Below the pieces are notes generated by a model, which made no database searches, was not told the origin of the DNA, and saw nothing but the letters and a program-made list of their open reading frames with translations. DNA of 64,000 bases from an uncultured Methanoregulaceae archaeon. GTDB lineage: Archaea > Halobacteriota > Methanomicrobia > Methanomicrobiales > Methanospirillaceae. The position numbers were made by a program, and so were the translations under genes. The DNA lies in assembly GCA_963701095.1 (NCBI GenBank), contig OY969564.1, positions 1,312,001 to 1,376,000 on the forward strand. The letters run 5' to 3'. Shown here one piece after another: positions 10,780-21,460 of the stretch (position 1 is the first letter of the stretch; the number at the start of each line of letters is the position of its first letter).

Positions 10780-11337
10780 TCACCTAATTAATCCGGATCG
10801 AAAATGTCGTGACGGAGAAGAAATCGGATATTTTATCTTCTTTTTCGGGGCGCTTTCCAGCCGGATCTTTTCCAGCTCGGGTTCAAACCATATCCCTACA
10901 CATTGCCTGACCACACCAAGACCCGCATCACTGTCAAGGAATATTGCTCCGATGATAGCCTCTATTGTATCTGCAAGAATTGATTCTTCTCCGGATCGCC
11001 AGAGTTCTTTTTCCCCTCTCCCTAGCCGGATAAACTTTTTTATTTTAAGGCGCCTGCCGATTTTTGCTAGGGTTGTATTATCCTCGAGCTGTTCCTTCGT
11101 CTGAGTTATTGACCCCTTTTCCTGAAGCCCTTTTTCCATTAAAAACAATATGAGACTGGTCTTGAGAACAGCATCCCCAAGAGTACTATACGCTTCCTGT
11201 GTCAGGCAGATTCGGTTTTTCTGGATAAGTTCATTTGCATAGGCAGGATGCGTCAGTGCACGGATCAGATGTTGTGGCTCAAAAAAATGATACCCTATAA
11301 TATGTTCCATTGCCTGAAGATCGTCTTTTTTTTCCAT
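10780..11337 (-). CDS. Ribonuclease III-domain protein lacking a dsRBD
   Basis: ALTHPAY, LGDAVL and LADTIEAIIGAIFLD RNase III motifs. Confidence 0.8.
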   Translation of the reverse strand: MEKKDDLQAMEHIIGYHFFEPQHLIRALTHPAYANELIQKNRICLTQEAYSTLGDAVLKTSLILFLMEKGLQEKGSITQTKEQLEDNTTLAKIGRRLKIKKFIRLGRGEKELWRSGEESILADTIEAIIGAIFLDSDAGLGVVRQCVGIWFEPELEKIRLESAPKKKIKYPISSPSRHFRSGLIR

Positions 11338-11401
11338 AATCTTCACTATTCGTAGGTGAAAAAACGAGATAAATACCACTCATCGATCTTTTCGGGATTG
11401 A

Positions 11402-11920
11402 TCACTGCTTAAGATCTCTTCCAGCTGGGGTCCTATGAAGAACGAGAGCTTCAGAATTCATGCAATAGCGTTTTCCCGTAGGAGGCGGACCATCATCAAA
11501 AACATGCCCGAGATGTGCTCCGCACCGTGCGCACAGGACCTCGGTGCGGATCATATTTTGGGATGAATCTTTGCGGGTACGAATATTTAATGACGAGACG
11601 GGATCATTAAAACTTGGCCATCCTGTACCTGAGTCAAACTTGGCCTCTGAGAGAAAAAGGGCAGTCCCACAGCAGGCACAACAGTAAATCCCATGCTCCT
11701 TGCAATCATGGTATTTGCCGGTAAACGGATACTCGGTTTCCTGCTTACGCGCCACTGCAAACTGTCGGGGTGTCAGCTGAGCCTGCCACTCTGCGTCGGA
11801 TTTCTCTATCGGAGCAACATGCTCAACGTCATTGTTTTCCGGATTAAAAATGGTGATGAGTCCATCTTTGCTCGCCGTGCCGGTTGCATTTTTTATCATT
11901 CCAAAGAAAGCCTCCTTCAT
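11402..11920 (-). CDS. msrB: Peptide-methionine (R)-S-oxide reductase
   Basis: [43 protein letters not shown]; Zn-binding CxxC pairs. Confidence 0.95.
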   Translation of the reverse strand: MKEAFFGMIKNATGTASKDGLITIFNPENNDVEHVAPIEKSDAEWQAQLTPRQFAVARKQETEYPFTGKYHDCKEHGIYCCACCGTALFLSEAKFDSGTGWPSFNDPVSSLNIRTRKDSSQNMIRTEVLCARCGAHLGHVFDDGPPPTGKRYCMNSEALVLHRTPAGRDLKQ

Positions 11921-11969
11921 CCTCTAATCGGGGCTGGGGATAATAGACCTTACGGTAATGACCATTCGG

Positions 11970-12554
11970 TCACAGACCAAAAAAACTCAGGATGCGGCGT
12001 TTTGGGTCCTTATAAAAAATCCTTGCCCCATCCTTGATATTGCGGACGTCTTCAATGGTGTACAGCAGATCCGGATATTCTCGGGAGATGAGAGAAAGCA
12101 GTTTGGAGAGCTCTTTTCTTGGGACGATCATGAAGATAATACTGACTGAACCGGAAAAACTGCCGGTGCCTTCAATCCGTGTCATGCCATATCCCAGCGC
12201 TGAAAGACGTGTCATAATTGTCTGAGGATCTTCAGCAGTGATGAGTCTGACAATAACAAAACCAATTGAGATGAGATTTTCAATCTCCATACCGAGGACG
12301 GTTCCAATACCGTACCCTGCAAGATAGGAAAAAAGGTTCCAGAATTGAGTCAGGTTAGTAAGCACAAGTCCGGTGGAAATCAGCCAAACACCTGTTTTGA
12401 CAATACCGACATATGCGGCGAGGTTTGCATGTCCTTTGCTTATGTAAATTGTCCTGACAGATTCAAGACTTGCTTCAAAAATCCTTGCGACGAGGATAAG
12501 GAGCGGTATCGACGCTGCCGCCCAAACTATTCCTATGTCCATGCGCTGATTCAC
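11970..12554 (-). CDS. DUF2179/DUF5698-type membrane protein (UPF0316-like)
   Basis: Three N-terminal TMs with Y..GYGIGT.LG, then a P-II-like C-terminal domain (GYGMT.IEG.G). Confidence 0.7.
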   Translation of the reverse strand: MNQRMDIGIVWAAASIPLLILVARIFEASLESVRTIYISKGHANLAAYVGIVKTGVWLISTGLVLTNLTQFWNLFSYLAGYGIGTVLGMEIENLISIGFVIVRLITAEDPQTIMTRLSALGYGMTRIEGTGSFSGSVSIIFMIVPRKELSKLLSLISREYPDLLYTIEDVRNIKDGARIFYKDPKRRILSFFGL

Positions 12555-12686
12555 TCCTAACTACAGTAATCGAACCGGATCAATTGTATATCTTACGGAA
12601 ATTATGCCCAATCGGATCCCTTTTTATGAGAGATCTCCTGATTTCAATCTCCATCACTTTAATCACATTCGCCGCCACATAGCGGG

Positions 12687-13181
12687 TTGAGGTTACCAGT
12701 GACATTCCGGTGCCAGCAATGCGGAAAATGCTGTAGTCATATGGGGGAGCTTATCCGGATCGAGGAGAAAACCGGTCCTATGAAGTTCCGGATCCGGTTT
12801 GTGGTTACGGGAAATGAAATGGATGTAATAGTCGATGAAGATAAACAGGCACTTTTCCGGAATAAAGAACTCAATGCATCGCAGCCTGACGCTTGTCCTC
12901 TTCTTCGGCTAGAAAAGAATAAACAGGCAGTATGCACTATTCACCATACCCGCCCCGATCTCTGCAGGATTTATGCTTGTTTTCGACTTCTTGTCCTCGG
13001 GCCTGATGGCGATCATGGAGGTCGAGTAAAAGACGGAACACGATTTTTTTCCACCATGAATGCAGACCTTCGAAAGATTTGGGAGAACGAGATTGAAGGA
13101 GTGATAATTCCGGACGAGACTGCATGGGAAAATTTTGTCGGCGGAGTTTTTGAACAAGCCGGATACAGGGTTGTAAAATAG
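12687..13181 (+). CDS. YkgJ-family cysteine-cluster (Zn/Fe-chelating) protein
   Basis: F.CQQCGKCC ... CPLL ... CTIHHTRPDLCRIY.C. Confidence 0.8.
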   Translation: MRLPVTFRCQQCGKCCSHMGELIRIEEKTGPMKFRIRFVVTGNEMDVIVDEDKQALFRNKELNASQPDACPLLRLEKNKQAVCTIHHTRPDLCRIYACFRLLVLGPDGDHGGRVKDGTRFFSTMNADLRKIWENEIEGVIIPDETAWENFVGGVFEQAGYRVVK

Positions 13182-13411
13182 ACAGTAATTCAGAGAAAAC
13201 AAGCGCAAATATGGTGACCAGATCTTTTCCTATCAAAATTGTAAGGGAATGCATTTCGATTTTTCAATTTTTCCCTCTCCACTTATAAGTGCCCTGCCCG
13301 CAGGTTCTTCAACAATCCTCCATATGTAAAAAAATCAGTTAAGAGAGGGTGAAACACTTTCACTATTCACGGACGGTATTTATCACGCTTTCTCACGGAC
13401 TATTTTCCTGA

Positions 13412-13774
13412 ATGAGAAGAGAGTTCCATCTTATAATCGGCATCCTTGTATTTTTCGTTTATGCATATCTGCTCCATGGTATTCAGTCTATTACAATAGG
13501 CTATTTTGTCCTCGGATTTTGTGCAGTTATTATCGGATCAATCCTGCCTGATATACTGGAACCAGCGACAAACTCAAAACACCGGGGAATATTCCATAGC
13601 TGGGGGGCTCTGAAATGTATTGTATGCATTTTCGGGATTTCCGCGTTAACCGACTTAGTATTAGCGCTGCCTGAATCAACCAAAGTGATGGTCTTTCCCG
13701 TATCCTGTTGTGCCCTCGGATATTCGTTTCATCTTCTGGCTGATTCCACAACAAGAAGGGGACTCCCGACTTAA
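13412..13774 (+). CDS. Membrane-bound metal-dependent hydrolase (YdjM-like)
   Basis: H near N-terminus, GSILPDI, HRGIFHS, GY.FHLLAD motifs. Confidence 0.75.
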   Translation: MRREFHLIIGILVFFVYAYLLHGIQSITIGYFVLGFCAVIIGSILPDILEPATNSKHRGIFHSWGALKCIVCIFGISALTDLVLALPESTKVMVFPVSCCALGYSFHLLADSTTRRGLPT

Positions 13775-13793
13775 AAAAGGAAATACGAGACAA

Positions 13794-14762
13794 TTATCCT
13801 TGTTTTCCAAGAATCCCGGTAATCGCTTCGCCGAACTCCATTGTCCCGGCAGAACCCCCGATATCCCTTGTACGGATGCCGGAAGCCAGTACCTTAGTTA
13901 TAGCTGATTCTATCCGTCCGGCTCCTTCATTGTCCCCGAGATACTCAAGAAGCATTGCAGCGCTCCGCAACGCCGCCACAGGATTCGCGATGTTCTTACC
14001 TGCTATATCCGGGGCACTGCCGTGAACCGGCTCAAAAAGGGCGTACCTGTCGCCGATATTGGCACTCGGGACAAGGCCAAGGCCTCCCACAAGATATGAT
14101 GATACATCAGAAAGGATATCGCCAAAGATGTTCGTGGTTACGATTACATCATAAGCCTCTGGGTGCTGAAGAATATCGAGACTCAGTGCATCGATGAACT
14201 TGTCATTGTAAACTATTCCCGCTTTTTTTGCTTCAGCTATGCAGATGTCACGGAAAAAAACGTCGGATTTGAGAACATTTGCCTTGTGCCCTATGGTGAG
14301 TTTTCCTTTTCGTTGGTGTACACACCGTAATGCTGCTCGTGCGATCCGTTCTGTTCCCCTACGGGTCACGACCCGGAGCGTTGTAGCACGATCCTGTTCT
14401 ATCTCTTCGATCCCCGAGTACAAGCCTTCAGTGTTCTCCCTGACAATCATGATGTCAAAACCGTCACCCCGGATGGGCCTCAAGTTTGCAAACAGATCGA
14501 GCGCTTTACGAATCCGTAGAACAACGCTTTGGTAATCTTTCATCGGCGGTGTCGTTATTGCCCCGAACAGTACGGCATCAGCCGTTTTGAGCGCGGAAAT
14601 GTCGTTATCTTTGCAAGGGCACCCTGTTTGTTCCCAACGCCCATAACCTACCTCTACCGGGAAGAAGTCATAATCGGGATGAAGCAGAAAGAGCACTTTT
14701 TGTGCGACCGGAATCACCTCATGACCGATCCCGTCACCTTCGACTATAGCAATCCGGGTCAT
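13794..14762 (-). CDS. aksF: Homoisocitrate dehydrogenase (2-oxosuberate pathway)
   Basis: GDGIGHEV, RENTEGLYSG, HKANVLK, NIFGDILSD, FEPVHGSAPDIAGK; last gene of the aksADE operon. Confidence 0.8.
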   Translation of the reverse strand: MTRIAIVEGDGIGHEVIPVAQKVLFLLHPDYDFFPVEVGYGRWEQTGCPCKDNDISALKTADAVLFGAITTPPMKDYQSVVLRIRKALDLFANLRPIRGDGFDIMIVRENTEGLYSGIEEIEQDRATTLRVVTRRGTERIARAALRCVHQRKGKLTIGHKANVLKSDVFFRDICIAEAKKAGIVYNDKFIDALSLDILQHPEAYDVIVTTNIFGDILSDVSSYLVGGLGLVPSANIGDRYALFEPVHGSAPDIAGKNIANPVAALRSAAMLLEYLGDNEGAGRIESAITKVLASGIRTRDIGGSAGTMEFGEAITGILGKQG

Positions 14763-15560
14763 CTTTTCCTCCAAAGGGTGACCAGTTCCCGGACAGACCG
14801 GGCAATCTTTGCGGGATCCGCCCCCCAATGGACTATTGCACCGAACTTATCGTTCCATGTACCGATACCTTCACGTTCGGCCCGGCAGCACCGGGCAATA
14901 AACGGCTCTTCTTTTACCTGTTCCAGAGGACAGATATTTTCGAGCTCAAAATCCGTGCCATAGCATTCGGTACAGAATTGCTTTGCCGTAAGACAACCGG
15001 CGACACGTTCACCCCCCTGAAGAGGATCGGCATCCAGTGTCCGTAGATAACCCGCGGCCCTGCAGGGATAAACATCAGCAGGGACTAAAGTGATGTCACG
15101 GATATGATAGTCAAACGCTACCGAGAGTTCTCCGAAAAGTCCGATTGCCTCCATTTCCATAAGGCTCGCCGAAAGGGTCGGACGGGGCGGAATGACATCG
15201 TAGATGTGAATCGTGAGGAATCCTGACAGATCCGGATCAAGTACAAATGTTACGTGCTCATCAATACCTGTAAAAATGGTACACCGGTGCCCGCTTTCAG
15301 ATGCGAGCCGGACCAGCCGGACCCTGTCGTTGAGCTGTACTTTCTCCGGGAACCAACAAACTTCTTCGGGAGTCGCCAGAATCTTGGAGGATATAACTTT
15401 CCTCATAACACTTTTCAGCTGCCGGATCAAGAGTAACTTCAAGTATCTCGTATCCCCGATCCGTCTCATGCAGAAGATAACGGCTCAAGGCATAAACAGC
15501 ATCACCACAAGGCCGTGTCGATGCCAGTCCCACGTATTTACATTGTTCCGGGAAGATCAC
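14759..15560 (-). CDS. Conserved-type Cys-rich hypothetical protein; frameshift near 15423
   Basis: GTG start overlaps the aksE stop and its TGA overlaps the aks[15 protein letters not shown]... joins ...VMRKVISS; Cys motifs YPCRA, AGC..C..C, ICP, RCCR. Confidence 0.7.
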
Positions 15561-16028
15561 CGGCGAGCCCTCCAGTATTTCACAAGGCCACCAGCCATTA
15601 GGATCTCCTGCATCCGGGGTGACAGCGGGCAAATAGTATATCGTTTTCCTCTCGACTCTACCCATCCACCCGAAAGGTCAAATTCAATCGTGCTTCCTTC
15701 TCCACAGGTAAGATCCGATTCGATAAGCGGAAGGCCTATGTTAATTGCATTCCGGAAAAATATCCGGGCAAATGAGGGGGCAATAACGGCAACCACTCCG
15801 GCCTCCCGTAAGGCAAGAGTCTGCCTGTTCCCGGGATGAGCCACACCCGAAATTTTTGCCAGCGACAATCACGGCACCTTTGAGACGAGGGGCAAGCAAA
15901 GGATCGAGATCTTCGAACACGTGAGTCGCCCAGACATCATAATCCTTGGTCCGTAAGTACCGGCCGGCAATTATAACGTCGGTATCGATATCCGCCGGGA
16001 GACATACGGCTATCCCTCTCCCCCGCAT
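15557..16028 (-). CDS. aksE: Homoaconitase small subunit; frameshift near 15820
   Basis: [14 protein letters not shown] (YLRT loop characteristic of methanogen homoaconitase), [13 protein letters not shown]; continues as [16 protein letters not shown] in another frame. Confidence 0.85.
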
Positions 16029-17239
16029 TATCCTACCTCCGGTGATGTCATTTCGCCTTCGAGAGCGCTTGCCGCTGCCGTTGCAACGGATCCGAGGTAA
16101 ATTTCTCCGCCAATACCCATTCGGTTTTTAAAATTCCTGTTTGCCGTTGATAAACAGACTTCGCCTTCTCCAAGTACCCCCATATGGTAGCCAAGGCAAG
16201 GGCCGCATCCTGGCGTTCCGATGGTGCATCCGGAACCGACGATATCTGCGAGTACGCCTGTCCGGATTGCTTTTTCGAGAATTGAGGCTGAAGCCGGGAC
16301 AACGATGGTCCTCACGGCAACTTTCTTTCCCCGGACCAACCGGGCAAATCTGGCGAGATCAGAATACCGGCCATTTGTACAGGTGCCGACAAAGACCTGG
16401 TCGATTGGCACACCTGCTACCGCATCTACGGGTTTTACCGTGTCCACACGGTGAGGTACAGCGACAAGGGGTACGATATTGCTGAGATCGAAATCGAGTT
16501 CCCTACGGTATATACAGGATTCGGGTTCCTGACACAACACATCATGTCCATGCTCCTTCAGGAAACGGATAGTAACGTCGTCTGAATAGAAAAGCCCCGT
16601 TTTTGCCCCTGCTTCGACAGAAAGGTTTGCAAGAACGAGACGTTCATCCATGGACAGGTAGTGCACGCCTTCTCCCACAAACTCAAGTGCATCATAGGTC
16701 GCACCGTCAGTACCGAGTTTACCTATGTAGGCAAGCGCCAGATCCTTGGCTTCCGCAGCTCCCGTCAACCTGCCGGTCAGATTGATACTGATTGATTCAG
16801 GAACCCGGAACCAGGTTTCACCGGTCAGCCAGATGGAAGCCATATCGGTTGCGCCCACGCCGGTTGCAAACGCTCCGAACGCACCCATCGTAACACTGTG
16901 GGAGTCAGCACCAACAACAATCTCACCTGGCAGTACAATACCTTCACTCATCAGCTGATGGCAGATACCACAGCCAACGTCGGAGAACTGCATAGACGAT
17001 CTCTTCGCAAAATCCCTGAGATCATGCTGGAGTGCCGCCGTTGTACTATTATTGGCAGGGGCTATATGGTCAAACTGAATATAATATCTGGTATCTTTTC
17101 CCAGCCGATCTCCACCCATATTTTTCCATGCCTCTAGTGCAAGGACACCGGTTCCGTCATGGGCATATGCCCTGTCAACTTTCCGGTCTACATATTCCCC
17201 AGCAGATGCACCAAGAATACGTTCGGAAAGGGTACTCAT
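16028..17239 (-). CDS. aksD: Homoaconitase large subunit
   Basis: HDGT, DHIAP, GICHQ, GADSHS, GTCTNGR, CGPCLG, STANRNF aconitase motifs. Confidence 0.85.
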   Translation of the reverse strand: MSTLSERILGASAGEYVDRKVDRAYAHDGTGVLALEAWKNMGGDRLGKDTRYYIQFDHIAPANNSTTAALQHDLRDFAKRSSMQFSDVGCGICHQLMSEGIVLPGEIVVGADSHSVTMGAFGAFATGVGATDMASIWLTGETWFRVPESISINLTGRLTGAAEAKDLALAYIGKLGTDGATYDALEFVGEGVHYLSMDERLVLANLSVEAGAKTGLFYSDDVTIRFLKEHGHDVLCQEPESCIYRRELDFDLSNIVPLVAVPHRVDTVKPVDAVAGVPIDQVFVGTCTNGRYSDLARFARLVRGKKVAVRTIVVPASASILEKAIRTGVLADIVGSGCTIGTPGCGPCLGYHMGVLGEGEVCLSTANRNFKNRMGIGGEIYLGSVATAAASALEGEMTSPEVG

Positions 17240-18366
17240 ACTGTAGTCTCCCGTTGTACCCGTCGGATCAGTTTCTGGAGAATTTCAGGGGTAATACTGC
17301 ATTTCTGTTCGGAATGTTCCTTGACAAGATCCAGCACCCGGCATATCTGGGCCTCTGATAGTTCCTCGCCAAGTGAAGCAATAATGTGTTCGAGCGCCTT
17401 TCTCCCGGTATGTTTACCAAGAATAAAGTGACGTTCGCCCCCTACAAGGGCTGGGGGGAAGTACTCGTAGGTTGACGGATCTTCAAGAATTGCCGCAATA
17501 TGAATGCCACTTTCATGCGAGAATGCAAGATCTCCGGTTATCGGTTTGTTTTTCGGAAGCATAATGCCCGAATATTTTTCCACTTTTTTGGAAAGTCCTG
17601 ACAGGTGTGAAAGATCATACCGGTCTATCCCACCTTTTGTCCGGAGGATTACCAGCACTTCCTCCAGTGCTGCATTACCAGATCGTTCGCCTATACCGTT
17701 GACTGTCGTGTGGAGCTGGAAAGCACCGGCCTGTGCGGCAGTAACCGTATTTGCGACAGCACATCCCATATCGTTGTGGCAGTGAGCGCAGAATGGACGA
17801 TCAACAGAAGAGACAAGATCTGTCATAATCGTTCGCATCTCATCCGGGATCAGGCATCCTACCGTATCCGCAAAACTGAGCAGGACAGCCCCGTGATCAG
17901 CTGCACGCCGGTAAACTTCCTTGAGAAAAACAATATCGGTCCGGGATGCATCCTCAGCCGCAAACCTAACAGCAACCCCGTGGTCCCTGGCGAAATCGAT
18001 CATGGAAAGGGCATCTTCTAGTACTTTTTCGCGAGGTTTTCGGAACTTAACCCGGATATGGAGATCTGAAGTGGGGATAAAGATGGAAACCATATCAACA
18101 CCGCAGTCTATGGCTGCTGTGATATCCTCTTTCCTTGCCCTTGCAAACCCGCAAATCCGTGCATCAAGCCCGAGATGTGCGATCGTTTTTACGCACTGTT
18201 TCTCGTTTTCAGAAACTGCCGGGAACCCGGCCTCTATCACTTCAACACCGACAGCATCAAGTGTTCGGGCGATATCAATTTTTTCTTCGCAGGAAAACGA
18301 CACACCGGGTGTCTGTTCTCCGTCTCGCAGCGTTACGTCACAGATTTCAATATTCCACGGTTTCAT
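17236..18366 (-). CDS. aksA: Homocitrate synthase / 2-oxoacid elongation synthase
   Basis: DVTLRDGEQTPG, HCHNDMG, GIGERSGNA, HESGIH, LGKHTG; no LeuA-type C-terminal regulatory domain. Confidence 0.8.
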   Translation of the reverse strand: MKPWNIEICDVTLRDGEQTPGVSFSCEEKIDIARTLDAVGVEVIEAGFPAVSENEKQCVKTIAHLGLDARICGFARARKEDITAAIDCGVDMVSIFIPTSDLHIRVKFRKPREKVLEDALSMIDFARDHGVAVRFAAEDASRTDIVFLKEVYRRAADHGAVLLSFADTVGCLIPDEMRTIMTDLVSSVDRPFCAHCHNDMGCAVANTVTAAQAGAFQLHTTVNGIGERSGNAALEEVLVILRTKGGIDRYDLSHLSGLSKKVEKYSGIMLPKNKPITGDLAFSHESGIHIAAILEDPSTYEYFPPALVGGERHFILGKHTGRKALEHIIASLGEELSEAQICRVLDLVKEHSEQKCSITPEILQKLIRRVQRETTV

Positions 18367-19618
18367 GATGAGCTCCTTTTGGGCACTGTGCTTCGACCAC
18401 AACTGTTAACGGACCATCCGGGTAGCGGATAATATCACGGAGGCGACTTTCATCTTCAGCGGGACAGATTTCCGGGTCTGCCCAATCGATGTAGCGGGCA
18501 GGATTACTCACGGGTTGGCCTCCAGTCATCGCGGCGCAGTGATTGCTCATAACAATACACAAGAGGGAGAGCCTTTTTTCATATACATCGATAAGGGCAT
18601 TGAGACCGGAGTGGAGTAGTGCATAGTCACCTATTAGTGCCACATGAGTACTCCGTGCCGCAACCGCAATACTCGAACCCATCCCATAGCTCGCAATCCC
18701 CAGTTCGTACGGTGGGTTCATCACAAAAACCGAGCACCCGGCATCACATATCAGGCGCATTCCTTTTTCCCTGAGGATACCAAGGAGGGGTTTATAAGGA
18801 CACACGGCACAGAAAGTCCGGCCAAATCCCCGTTCTTCCAGTGATTCCGGCCTTTCCTGTTGAGCCGGGGGTGCATGAGTTCGATGATCCTGTACAAAGG
18901 ATCGGCCGTACTCATTCACCTTCGGAAACGATGCAACACGCTCTGGTACCGGATTGACTGTCACGAGTCGGGAAACCCCCGGTGCAGGACCTGCACCGAG
19001 AATTCCTCCCTTCCACTGGTTCAGGGGTGACATTTCCGACCACATAAACATCGTGCGGTAAGTTTCCTCTGCCGCAGTAACTCTACCGTGCATTGTCCAG
19101 GACTTGTCGGCAAGCTTTCCTTTTCCCTGATGCCGGGGAACGGGGGTACCTGAGATCTCAGCGTCTAACAGATAATGTGTAAGCCGGAGCATGGCGACAC
19201 GGGAAAATCGTTCCGATGCCTCAAGGGCTGATTCTACACCGGTAAAACAGGTCTCGTCGTCAGGCTCAATTACGGGAAGCTCTGCCAGTTCCCCGTAATA
19301 CCGGGAATCCTGCGCTGTCTGGGAACCTTTGGCTTCAGGATCGTCACCTACAACGAGAATGATGCCTTTTTCGATACCTTGTACTGATGCCTGGGCAAGG
19401 GGGTCAGCACACGCGTTCACTCCCACATTTTTTATTATAACTGCAACGCGTTGACCGGAGAGGGAATCACCAAGCGCATACTCAAGTGCCGTCTTTTCGT
19501 TGATGACCAACTCGGCACCGGTTAATGTGCCAAGTTCTGTTACCGGAAAACCTGGAACGGTATATTGACGGTCAGTACCTGCACGTATTGCCCGAGCCAG
19601 CGCTTCAGCACCTTTCAT
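18347..19618 (-). CDS. ThDP-dependent enzyme, IorA-like, without a beta subunit
   Basis: VPGFPVTE, NEKTALEYALG, KNVG.N..ADP, SQTAQDSR, C..CP, DAGC, GD..LLHSG...N...MTGGQ. Confidence 0.8.
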   Translation of the reverse strand: MKGAEALARAIRAGTDRQYTVPGFPVTELGTLTGAELVINEKTALEYALGDSLSGQRVAVIIKNVGVNACADPLAQASVQGIEKGIILVVGDDPEAKGSQTAQDSRYYGELAELPVIEPDDETCFTGVESALEASERFSRVAMLRLTHYLLDAEISGTPVPRHQGKGKLADKSWTMHGRVTAAEETYRTMFMWSEMSPLNQWKGGILGAGPAPGVSRLVTVNPVPERVASFPKVNEYGRSFVQDHRTHAPPAQQERPESLEERGFGRTFCAVCPYKPLLGILREKGMRLICDAGCSVFVMNPPYELGIASYGMGSSIAVAARSTHVALIGDYALLHSGLNALIDVYEKRLSLLCIVMSNHCAAMTGGQPVSNPARYIDWADPEICPAEDESRLRDIIRYPDGPLTVVVEAQCPKGAHHETVEY

Positions 19619-20582
19619 TCGTCCCTCCCGGGCACAAGGTCGCAACCCCCGCAAACCGTGCACATGGTCAGCGCACTTGAAGTGTCAAGTCCGTTACGGG
19701 ATAAAGCCCGGCTGTGTTTTGCAAAGAGTTTTTTGAGTCTTTCAGCCGAAGGCCGTGATTGTCCCGCATACCCTGCAACCGGATTAAGAGGTCGAAGCAC
19801 CGGGATCACGCCATGAGATGTGAGTCTATCGATACAAGCCTCCATTTCTTCGTCGGTTTCACCGAGCCCGACAATTACATTGGAGAAAACCCGGCCTTTC
19901 CCGAAGAGTTCCACGGAACGATCAAGAATCCGCCAGAGGAGTTCATAATCGAGACCCGGGCACACTGCTTCAAAGAGGTCAGGTGTTGCAGCCTCAAGAT
20001 TAAATTTTACTTCCGCTACTCCAAGGGCATGGAGCTTGTCTGGAGTCTGATCTGTCGGGTAGATGGAGACCCCAAGAGGCAGGCCAAAGAACTTCAAATG
20101 ATCGATAACCTCACAAATGTAATTCTCCTCCTCTTCAATACTATCATAAACGCCGCTTGTCAGCGATATGGCACTCACACGGTGCCGGACGGATTCGACG
20201 AGATCCATAATTTCTTCTATAGTCTTGCGTTTTCCCGAGAGCCGCGGAACTGAACAATAGCGGCAGGAGAATATACAACGTTCTGTAACTGTGATAAATG
20301 CCTGATCCGGGCAGTGAAGCCCCGCCGGAGGAGTCTACCGGAGATCTGGCGATCGCCTAAATACAGATCGGCAACTCCATCACCCCGGTGAATAATTTCG
20401 ACTCGGGAGGTTTGGTTAATGGCCAACTTTACCCGGTGGCCGCCCATAGCAAAAAAAACCGAACCCTTTCCGCCGGCACCGGGTCCGGCAGTAGATTTTG
20501 CAATAAATTCATCGGCAGCTTCTCCACTAAGACGGGCAGAACCGGTCTCAAGTAACAAGGCCTTTAGATCTTCCCATTGCAT
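19615..20582 (-). CDS. Radical SAM protein; frameshift near 20323
   Basis: After a one-base correction reads ...LHCPDQAFITVTERCIFSCRYCSVP (CxxxCxxC); also STAGPGAG, IVGLGETDEE and a C-terminal CTVCGGCD. Confidence 0.85.
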
Positions 20583-21460
20583 AATTTGAGTGCCTCCTCA
20601 TAGCGGGTATAAAATGGCAGGGCAGTTACTGCCCCGGTAATTCCTCTACCGTCCATGACTATGTGAAGAGAGGGATCATCAATTTCCCTGACAAGATCCG
20701 GTGTCACTTCCCCCCGTTTGACTTTTCTTGCGTAATCCAGCAGCTCTTGTGATGGGGTAAAACCCGTATAAACCGCCATTCCGGTCTTTTCTGATAGGGT
20801 ATATCTTTGGAGAAACTCGCTAAACTTACTGATGAGAGATTCCGGTTTTGTGGTACCAAATTCAGCAACGAGACTTACACAATTCTTTGTCCGAAATGCT
20901 ACCGGGAAGAGCTGGACAATCGTATGCGACAGGTACGAGGTGTGTTCATCTTCGACTGCACGTGCAAGGTTATGGACAAGCGTCCACGTTGCACCTTCTT
21001 CAGATGTATCGGTGTCGTCCACTCCGATAAGCACCCGCTGACGCCGGGGCAGCCAGAGCGTCGCAGCTGCTACTTTTCCTCCGCCGGCTGGATCACAGTG
21101 TTCCCGCAGTACTCCACGGGCCGCAGCACGGCAGGATGTGGCACCGACCCCACCCCCGCCCATACCAATATAAGTGACCGCTATTTCATCTCCCGAAACG
21201 GATACCCCTGAGATACCTGCAGGGAACCTGGATCCTTCCAGTGCGAGATTCTCATTACCAGGATGTAGCAGGAACCGGGTTGTTCCTCCCACGCACCTGA
21301 CATTCTCAACAAGTGGGCTCTTGGCGTAATGGTGTTGGGTCCACATCGCACCGCCTATACAGTCAAAAAATTCGACTAACTCGACTTTGCTACCGGTATC
21401 ATCTGCCATCGCCACGATCTGGGGATACCTGATGATATAAGGTTCAGAGATGTTCACCAT
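20564..21460 (-). CDS. Methanogenesis marker protein 11 (TiaS-like domain), paralogue 1
   Basis: VELVEFFDC.GGAMW, G.GGGGVGA..CR, IGVDDTDT.EEGATW, KNCVS. Confidence 0.8.
   Translation of the reverse strand: MVNISEPYIIRYPQIVAMADDTGSKVELVEFFDCIGGAMWTQHHYAKSPLVENVRCVGGTTRFLLHPGNENLALEGSRFPAGISGVSVSGDEIAVTYIGMGGGGVGATSCRAAARGVLREHCDPAGGGKVAAATLWLPRRQRVLIGVDDTDTSEEGATWTLVHNLARAVEDEHTSYLSHTIVQLFPVAFRTKNCVSLVAEFGTTKPESLISKFSEFLQRYTLSEKTGMAVYTGFTPSQELLDYARKVKRGEVTPDLVREIDDPSLHIVMDGRGITGAVTALPFYTRYEEALKLCNGKI

Noticed and set aside
13794..18366. Leucine biosynthesis operon leuACDB
   Set aside because: The small subunit has the YLRT homoaconitase loop, the synthase lacks the LeuA regulatory domain, and neighbours are methanogenesis markers; aks is preferred though not proven.
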